From Bacteroidales bacterium (GTDB taxonomy: Bacteria; Bacteroidota; Bacteroidia; Bacteroidales; UBA7960): 64,000 bases of DNA. Below the pieces are notes generated by a model. The model worked only from the letters and a program-made list of their open reading frames with translations. It made no database searches and was not told the origin of the DNA. Below are positions 9,113-15,458 of the stretch, in pieces. Positions within the stretch are counted from its first letter, which is position 1, and each line of letters starts with the position of its first letter. The translations under genes and the position numbers were made by a program. Where the stretch lies: positions 17,624 through 81,623 of the forward strand of contig JAWLCS010000010.1 of assembly GCA_041687035.1 (NCBI GenBank), given 5' to 3'.

Positions 9113-10540
9113 ATGTCTACCCTGCGGATCAATCCTGTGTTTTTTCTGGTCAGCCTCCTTACTTTATTTTCAAATAGGCTGCTGGCTGATGGTACTTTCG
9201 ATGTTTCCGTCAGCCAGCTTCCCGATTTCCGGGGGGTGTACCATGGGCATTATTCTGATGTGCAGTTTTATTATGTAAATGGCAGCGAGCTGGCTCAAAA
9301 TCTTGAGATCAGCGCGGAAGGGCCATTCCGGATTTCCCTGCATTGCCATGAAGATTTCGGCAACAGCCTGAGCCTGGCGCCCACCAACGGCACTATTACT
9401 TCCACACGAATTTATGTGCGCTTCTTTCCCGAAACTAACGGCGCCAGTCAAGGTACCATTAGCCACCAGGCCGGTAGTGTTGGCCCTATCAACCTAAGCC
9501 TTAGCGGGCAAGGTATCGAAAGCACCATACCTGCCGGATATTACAATAACACCTACGGCATTGGAAGCACCCTGAAAACACAGCTTTTCCATATTATCAA
9601 CAACCATCAGACTCAGACTTACAGCAGCCTGTGGGGGCATTTCGAGCAGACCGATGCCACCTTTGCTGGCAAGGTTTGGGATATGTATTCTGACACCCCT
9701 TGCTACGAGCCGCCATATGTCTTCACTTTCGGTGAAGATCAGGACACCGGATCGGGCGGCAATACAGAGGGCGATGTGTTTAACCGCGAGCACTCCATGC
9801 CTCAGTCATGGTTTAACGGACAGAGCCCAATGTATACTGATCTGTTTCATCTCTGGCCTGTGGATAAAAAGGTAAATAGCCAGCGAGGCAGTTTCCCTTA
9901 CGGGGAAGTAAACGCCCCAAGTTGGACCTCCCAGAATGGCGGTAAACTTGGCCCCAACGTGGCAGGCGGGTACTTTGGCACAGCCTTCGAACCTATCGAT
10001 GCCTACAAAGGCGATATCGCCAGGGGCTTCCTTTACATGATCACCCGTTATGAAAACCAAATCGCAAGCTGGACTTACAACGAATATGGCACAGCCATGC
10101 TCGACAATAATAGCTATCCCGGTTACGAGCCCTGGGTTATCAATATGCTTATGCAGTGGCACCAGGATGACCCGATCAGCCAGAAAGAAATTTTGCGCAA
10201 CCAGGCCATATACCAGATACAAGGCAACCGCAACCCCTTTATCGACCATCCCGAATTTGTCGATCGCATTTGGGGCGACACCCTGGCATATGTAGGCATA
10301 TCTGCTACTGCACAGGGTTTTTCCGTGTATCCAAATCCCGCCAGCGGCTGGTTTATGATCGAAGCCCCTGACTACGCCACCATACTGGAAGTATTTTCCC
10401 TTTGCGGGAAAAAAGTATTCAGCAAGGCATTATCACAAAGGGAAGAGCGTATCAGCACTGCTCCAATGGCACCAGGCATTTATCTTTTGATACTCCGCAA
10501 CCAGCAAGGAGTTTTAAGAGAAAAACTTATAATTAAATAG
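9113..10540 (+). CDS. extracellular endonuclease I family nuclease with T9SS C-terminal sorting domain
   Basis: FNREHSMPQSWF, DLFHLWPVDKKVNSQRG and GNRNPFIDHPEF match the endonuclease I (EndA/Vvn/Dns) family. The C-terminal SVYPNPASG...GIYLLIL is a T9SS tail. Start moved to ATG 9113 (MSTLRINPVFFLVSLL signal peptide), because the track start 9023 lies across the upstream terminator. A TAAATTTG -7 box is at 9081..9088. Confidence 0.85.
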   Translation: MSTLRINPVFFLVSLLTLFSNRLLADGTFDVSVSQLPDFRGVYHGHYSDVQFYYVNGSELAQNLEISAEGPFRISLHCHEDFGNSLSLAPTNGTITSTRIYVRFFPETNGASQGTISHQAGSVGPINLSLSGQGIESTIPAGYYNNTYGIGSTLKTQLFHIINNHQTQTYSSLWGHFEQTDATFAGKVWDMYSDTPCYEPPYVFTFGEDQDTGSGGNTEGDVFNREHSMPQSWFNGQSPMYTDLFHLWPVDKKVNSQRGSFPYGEVNAPSWTSQNGGKLGPNVAGGYFGTAFEPIDAYKGDIARGFLYMITRYENQIASWTYNEYGTAMLDNNSYPGYEPWVINMLMQWHQDDPISQKEILRNQAIYQIQGNRNPFIDHPEFVDRIWGDTLAYVGISATAQGFSVYPNPASGWFMIEAPDYATILEVFSLCGKKVFSKALSQREERISTAPMAPGIYLLILRNQQGVLREKLIIK

Positions 10541-10595
10541 TAGCGAAAACCCACCAACCTTAATTCAGCAATTAGTAATTTCAAAACAACAAGCC

Positions 10596-10781
10596 ATGCA
10601 GAAAAAACTTACAAAAGGAAGTGACAGGATGCTTGCCGGCGTTTGCAGCGGTATTGCAGAATATTTTGATATGGATCCCACACTGATACGGATTCTTTTC
10701 GTGCTGTTTGCCCTTTTTGCTGGTTCCGGCATTTTGTTATACATCATACTGGCCATTATAGTACCCTCCAAAGGGTATTAA
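10596..10781 (+). CDS. PspC domain-containing small membrane protein
   Basis: 61 aa. RMLAGVCSGIAEYFDMDPTLIRILFV is the PspC-domain signature, followed by one TM helix. Confidence 0.7.
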   Translation: MQKKLTKGSDRMLAGVCSGIAEYFDMDPTLIRILFVLFALFAGSGILLYIILAIIVPSKGY

Positions 10782-10784
10782 GCC

Positions 10785-11270
10785 ATGGCCGAAGGCTTGC
10801 TCATAGCCCTGGGCATAATGCTGTTGGCGGCAGGCGCCCTGGGTGCCTTTGTTCCGGTTTTGCCCGGACCTCCGCTGAGTTTTGTCGGCATGCTGCTTAT
10901 TCACCTCACACCCGGGTATTCTTTTTCGATCAGTCTATTAATTACCTTCGGCATTTTAGCGGCCATCATAACCATCCTCGATTTTGTGCTCCCTGTTTAC
11001 GGTACCAGAAAAATCGGCGGCAGCAAGCGAGGCATGTATGGTGCGGCCATCGGACTGGTGGTGGGCATATTTTTCTTTCCCCCTGCCGGGGTAATTGTCG
11101 GTCCGTTTGTGGGGGCACTTATTGCAGAACTTTCAAACAACAAAGATTTAGGCCCGGCTACCAAGGCAGCTTTCGGAAGCTTGATGGGCCTGCTAGCCGG
11201 TGCACTGCTTAAGTTTGCTTACTCTTTTGCCGTTATTTGGGTTGCCTTGCGCTTGTTAATTTTCAGATAA
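10785..11270 (+). CDS. DUF456-like membrane protein
   Basis: 161 aa with 4 TM helices. VLPGPPLSF near the N-terminus resembles DUF456. Family call is by memory. Confidence 0.55.
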   Translation: MAEGLLIALGIMLLAAGALGAFVPVLPGPPLSFVGMLLIHLTPGYSFSISLLITFGILAAIITILDFVLPVYGTRKIGGSKRGMYGAAIGLVVGIFFFPPAGVIVGPFVGALIAELSNNKDLGPATKAAFGSLMGLLAGALLKFAYSFAVIWVALRLLIFR

Positions 11271-11296
11271 TAAAGGCTTACTTAAAGGAAAAACTT

Positions 11297-11304
11297 TAAA
11301 TTTG
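11297..11304 (+). promoter_or_regulatory. Bacteroidota -7 promoter box (TAnnTTTG)
   Basis: TAAATTTG lies 38 nt upstream of ATG 11342, in a 70-nt AT-rich gap. Confidence 0.4.
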
Positions 11305-11341
11305 CATAAATCAAAATATCTAACTGTTTGATGATTATTCA

Positions 11342-11974
11342 ATGAGTGACTTTCCTAAAGCCATAGCCAAGCGTTACGATGGACTCTCGAAGCAGAGCTG
11401 CTGCTTGTCCTGCGGGGGAGCATTTTCCCTGGCAAGCATCGAGCCCGGCTTTGTTTGTGTTGACCTTGGATGCGGCAAAGGCCACGATGTATTGCGAATG
11501 GCCACCATGGCAGGCGAAAAAGGCTTTGCCTACGGAGTAGATATTTCTGATGGCATGATTGAAACCGCCACAAAAAATGCGGCCATAATGCGGGCTGAAA
11601 ACGTACGTTTTATTAAGTCCCCCCTGGAAAATATTGATCTTGAAAGCGATGCAGCCGATGTGGTAATTTCTAACTGCACCATAAATCACTCCCTCGATCA
11701 GGCGCGGGTATGGCAGGAAATTTCACGCATTCTCAAAAGCGGCGGACATTTTGTAGTGAGTGACATTTATGCTATGGAGGAGGTTCCCGAAGTTTTCCGC
11801 AACGATCCGGTTGCCGTATCAGAATGCTGGGCAGGAGCCGTAACAAAAGAACAATACCTCAGCCACATAAAAGCAGCGGGGCTTTTTGAGGTTTCCATCA
11901 TGGAAGAATCGGCACCTTATGAAAAAGGATCAATACACGTTGCCAGTTTTACCGTAAAAGGCATTAAACCATAA
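11342..11974 (+). CDS. class I SAM-dependent methyltransferase, arsenite methyltransferase (ArsM)-like
   Basis: 210 aa with the DLGCGKG SAM motif. SCCLSCGG (C20, C21, C24), VVISNCTINHS (C112) and ECWAGAVTKEQY (C162) line up with conserved ArsM segments (GCGNP, ISNCVINL, GCxAGA) as I recall them. Confidence 0.7.
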   Translation: MSDFPKAIAKRYDGLSKQSCCLSCGGAFSLASIEPGFVCVDLGCGKGHDVLRMATMAGEKGFAYGVDISDGMIETATKNAAIMRAENVRFIKSPLENIDLESDAADVVISNCTINHSLDQARVWQEISRILKSGGHFVVSDIYAMEEVPEVFRNDPVAVSECWAGAVTKEQYLSHIKAAGLFEVSIMEESAPYEKGSIHVASFTVKGIKP

Positions 11975-11988
11975 CAAAACATATTGTC

Positions 11989-12096
11989 ATGAAAAGTTTT
12001 ATCAAAAAAGAGAAAAAAGAAAAAGTTCAGGAAAAAGTGAAGCAGGCCCAGTGCTGTGCAAAAACATCATCGAGCCCGGCCGGCTGCCACGACTAA
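11989..12096 (+). CDS. 35-aa Cys-rich peptide, candidate precursor or substrate peptide (absent from the ORF track)
   Basis: Own translation of ATG 11989 to TAA 12094..12096: MKSFIKKEKKEKVQEKVKQAQCCAKTSSSPAGCHD. Sits 15 nt after the methyltransferase stop and 48 nt before the rSAM start. A hairpin with T-run follows it. Confidence 0.5.
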   Translation: MKSFIKKEKKEKVQEKVKQAQCCAKTSSSPAGCHD

Positions 12097-12108
12097 AAAA
12101 ACACCAAA

Positions 12109-12132
12109 GGCCCGTAAAGCGGGCCTTTTTTT
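12109..12132 (+). terminator. hairpin plus T-run (terminator or attenuator) between the peptide ORF and the rSAM gene
   Basis: GGCCCGtaaagCGGGCCttttttt: a perfect 6-bp GC stem, 5-nt loop and T7 run. It lies 13 nt after the peptide stop and 13 nt before ATG 12145. Confidence 0.55.
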
Positions 12133-12144
12133 CAGGCAAAAACC

Positions 12145-13449
12145 ATGCAATCCTCGCGTTTCAATATTGTTTCGAGGCTAAATAGCAGCCACGAGTATTT
12201 TGTGGTCAACCTGCTTTCGGGCCAGGCCGATCTGCTCAGCCCAGCCGAGGCGGCTTTTCTCGAAAGAGACTTTGAAAAAGCGCCAGCCGAATTTTTCGAA
12301 AAAGGATACCTGGTTGACCCGGTACAAGAAATGCTTCAGTACCGCCTCAGGTATATCGATTTTATTGAAAAACGCGATCAGGAAGAGGTTCAGGTTTTCT
12401 TTGTGCCGACTTACCAGTGCAACTTCGACTGCAGTTATTGCTACCAAAGCGAGTACCCCGCTCCGCCCGAAAGCCTCTCGCCCGAGATAGTTGATGCTTT
12501 TTTTTCTTTCCTGGAAACCCGGCTGCAGGGCCGCAAAAAATACATTACCCTGTTTGGGGGTGAGCCTTTCCTTGGTGGGAAAAGTTACAAAGCATCTCTC
12601 GAATATTTCTTTGATCGCTGTGCCGAGAACAAAATTGAGCTAGCTGTTGTAACCAACGGATACCACCTCGACGAATATTTCGATTTGCTTTCAAAGGTGA
12701 GCATTCGCGAAATCCAGGTTACCCTCGACGGGCCAGAGCAGCTGCACGACCGCCGCAGGCCCCGCAAAGGCGGGCTGCCTTCCTTTAAAAAGATTGTTGA
12801 AAATATTGACCAGTGTCTTGCGCTGGGCTACACCGTAAACCTGCGTGCGGTAGTCGACCGTGAAAATATGGCTGAGTTGCCTGACCTGGCCCGTTTTGCC
12901 ATCGAAAAGGGCTGGACGGGTCATCCCAACTTCAAAACCCAGCTGGGGCGAAACTACGAACTGCACTATTGCCAGAACGCCCGCAGCAGGCTTTACAGCC
13001 GCGTGGAGCTTTACCACGAACTGTATGGGCTCATCAAACAACACCCGGAGATTCTTGAATTTCACAAACCGGCCTTTTCTGTCGCAAAATTCCTAAGCGA
13101 AAACGGCAGCCTGCCCGATCCCCTCTTCGACTCCTGCCCTGCCTGTAAAAGCGAATGGGCACTCGACTACAGCGGCAGGGTGTATTCTTGCACGGCCACC
13201 GTGGGTAAGCCAGGCGAAGAGTTGGGCACCTTTTTTCCCGAAATGAAACTCAACGAAACGGCCATAAGCGCCTGGCAGGAGCGCGACACCCTGCACATCG
13301 AAAAATGTGCGGAATGCAGCTTGCAACTGGCATGCGGGGGTGGTTGCGGCTCGGTGGCCAAAAACCAGCACGGGCATTTGCTTTCGCCCGACTGCCGGCC
13401 AGTAAAAGAACTTCTGGAAATGGGGCTAGACCTTTACTTCAGCGAATAA
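12145..13449 (+). CDS. radical SAM enzyme with C-terminal SPASM domain (peptide-maturase architecture)
   Basis: 434 aa. CNFDCSYC (C92/C96/C99, Cx3Cx2C) is at about nt 12418..12441. The SPASM signature is CPACKSEWALDYSGRVYSC (Gx4C), then CAECSLQLACGGGC (Cx2Cx5Cx3C), then a later Cys (SPDC), at about nt 13135..13395. An extension of about 88 aa precedes the rSAM core. Confidence 0.85.
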   Translation: MQSSRFNIVSRLNSSHEYFVVNLLSGQADLLSPAEAAFLERDFEKAPAEFFEKGYLVDPVQEMLQYRLRYIDFIEKRDQEEVQVFFVPTYQCNFDCSYCYQSEYPAPPESLSPEIVDAFFSFLETRLQGRKKYITLFGGEPFLGGKSYKASLEYFFDRCAENKIELAVVTNGYHLDEYFDLLSKVSIREIQVTLDGPEQLHDRRRPRKGGLPSFKKIVENIDQCLALGYTVNLRAVVDRENMAELPDLARFAIEKGWTGHPNFKTQLGRNYELHYCQNARSRLYSRVELYHELYGLIKQHPEILEFHKPAFSVAKFLSENGSLPDPLFDSCPACKSEWALDYSGRVYSCTATVGKPGEELGTFFPEMKLNETAISAWQERDTLHIEKCAECSLQLACGGGCGSVAKNQHGHLLSPDCRPVKELLEMGLDLYFSE

Positions 13450-13541
13450 GCAGTATTGCCATCCGATTTTTCTTCAACATTTGCTCTGAAGGTTGTATTT
13501 TTGCGCCTCGATTTCTCATTGAAATACAATAACATAACGCC

Positions 13542-15080
13542 ATGGAATTTATTAACGACCATTTTGCCAGCGTGCATATCCTCAACCAGTTCTGGCTTAC
13601 TTTTCTTATGGTTATAAGCATGGTGCTGGTTTCGCGCACGTTTGTGGCCGGCACCCGCTATTCGCCCATCCTGATCATTGTGGTCTTTGGTCTGCTAATG
13701 GGCTTTATCCTGGTCAACACCGGACTGGCCTCGCCCGGCCTGCCGGAGTTTCCCATTGTGGAACTGGGAAGCCGCGTTACCATCACTGCCCTTATGGCAT
13801 CATTCTTTGTGGGAGGGCAGGAGATACGCAAGCTCATTACCAACCAAAAAATTGATCCCGAAGATATTGTGGTTCCTTCTTCCGAAGAAATATTCCTTGG
13901 CACCAAAGCCACCCAGTTTATGTTTCTGGTTAGGGCGTTCTTTATCCTGATTGGCATTGAATCGCTGAAGCGGGTTATTGTGAGTCATGACTCGGGCGAC
14001 GCCCTCGACCATTTTTATCCCCTGCTGGGGTACCTGGGGCTGGTAGCTTCCATTATCCTGATCGACCACCGCGCCAAGATATCAAACAAGGCGGTTTATA
14101 TCCGCAAGGGCATTTTCGAAACGGCCATAATACTTTTGTTACTGGTGGTTTCTTATTACATTGCACAGTGGATCAAACCCCTGATTGCCCTGCCCGAGAT
14201 CTTTTTCGCCATGATCCTTTCGGTTAGTCTGGGTATGATACTGGTTCACTGGAAATTTGGACCCACTATACGCTCCCTGCTTTTTGCGGGGATTCCGGTG
14301 GTGTTGGCAGCCAATTTTATGGTGGGAGGCTCGCGCATTGCCGATGCTTTTCAGCTTGGAGGCATGACCTCTGTACTTTCGTTTGGCTTTTTCGGTCAGT
14401 TATTCTGGATGTTTGGCGGTTTGGCTATTCTCATTCTTATTGGCAAGGCCAACCACATTCGTAACCTGGCACCCGGTATGGCAGGATCCCTTTCGCACTC
14501 AGGCCTTACGGGTGCCTGTACCGCCGGCGACCTTGGCCCCGAAGCCGCAGTCCGTGCACCCATCATGATCAACATTCCTTTTATCGGCCACATATTCGTC
14601 TTCTCAATCCTGGCAGCCAGCGCTACGGCCGGCAGGTTGCTCGTACCTTACGCCCTGATAGTAGTTGTGGTAGGGATGGCATTGACCTGGCTGGCCCTAA
14701 AAACCCTGCGCACCGCCAACGGAAGCGATAAAATTGAAATCCGTGGCCTCATGCTCTTTTCGCTGGGATGGCAGCTGGTAGCCGTATTTGGTGGACTGCT
14801 CATTTTGAGTATCTCGGGCATGAGCCTTGGCGATGCCGTTATGGCCAACGCATCTGCCATCTCGCACTTCGGTCTGTTTGCGGCCATACAGGGAGGCATG
14901 TTTGGAACGCAAGCCGCCGGCCTCATTGCATTTGTTTTTGCCATGCCCTTTTTGGTGCACCCATTGGTGTTTGGCATTTTTGGCAAAACCGCTGAGAACA
15001 ATGGCGTTATGCCAGAAAAAATCGTATACGCCCTGGCCCTGATAGGCGTTGGGGGCGTGCTCTACTCCATGATTTTTTAA
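13542..15080 (+). CDS. polytopic membrane protein, putative transporter (family not recognised)
   Basis: 512 aa with about 12-14 hydrophobic helices throughout. A TATTTTTG -7 box is at 13496..13503. No diagnostic motif recognised. Confidence 0.55.
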   Translation: MEFINDHFASVHILNQFWLTFLMVISMVLVSRTFVAGTRYSPILIIVVFGLLMGFILVNTGLASPGLPEFPIVELGSRVTITALMASFFVGGQEIRKLITNQKIDPEDIVVPSSEEIFLGTKATQFMFLVRAFFILIGIESLKRVIVSHDSGDALDHFYPLLGYLGLVASIILIDHRAKISNKAVYIRKGIFETAIILLLLVVSYYIAQWIKPLIALPEIFFAMILSVSLGMILVHWKFGPTIRSLLFAGIPVVLAANFMVGGSRIADAFQLGGMTSVLSFGFFGQLFWMFGGLAILILIGKANHIRNLAPGMAGSLSHSGLTGACTAGDLGPEAAVRAPIMINIPFIGHIFVFSILAASATAGRLLVPYALIVVVVGMALTWLALKTLRTANGSDKIEIRGLMLFSLGWQLVAVFGGLLILSISGMSLGDAVMANASAISHFGLFAAIQGGMFGTQAAGLIAFVFAMPFLVHPLVFGIFGKTAENNGVMPEKIVYALALIGVGGVLYSMIF

Positions 15081-15129
15081 GGAGTTTTCAACAACGCGTT
15101 TGTTCATAACAAAAAGATATATCTTTGCC

Positions 15130-15310
15130 GCTGGTTTTGGTTCCGGAACCCAACAGGGTTTAACGGATGAAAAGGGAATCAGGTGTAAATCCTGAACAGT
15201 TCCCGCTGCTGTGAGCTCTTTCATATTGTTTGCCAATCTTGGCCACTGTCCCGCACGCGAGGGATGGGAAGGCGGCAAACAAGGAGTAAGTCAGAAGACC
15301 TGCCATACCA
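15130..15310 (+). promoter_or_regulatory. cobalamin (B12) riboswitch
   Basis: Conserved core elements are visible: GGTTCCGG, AAAAGGGAATCAGGTGTAAATCCTGAACAGTTCCCGCTGCTGT, GCCACTG, GGGAAGGCG and the B12 box AGTCAGAAGACCTGCC. A TATCTTTG -7 box is at 15120..15127. It lies upstream of a TonB-dependent receptor. Confidence 0.85.
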
Positions 15311-15458
15311 TTTGTATTTGTAGCTTTCGGGAAAAAAAGCGAAGAAAAACTGATGCATCAATTTTTCTCCAACTGGTTTCGCCGTTTGTTGCAAATAATT
15401 TTAAAAAATTATTTGTTAACATTTTCCGGTCTTTGGCCGGAAGCAAAACTATCACATC

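Noticed and set aside
14697-15278. 193-aa minus-strand ORF spanning the end of the membrane-protein gene and the riboswitch
   Set aside because: It overlaps a strongly hydrophobic sense CDS and the conserved cobalamin riboswitch core. No supporting motif.
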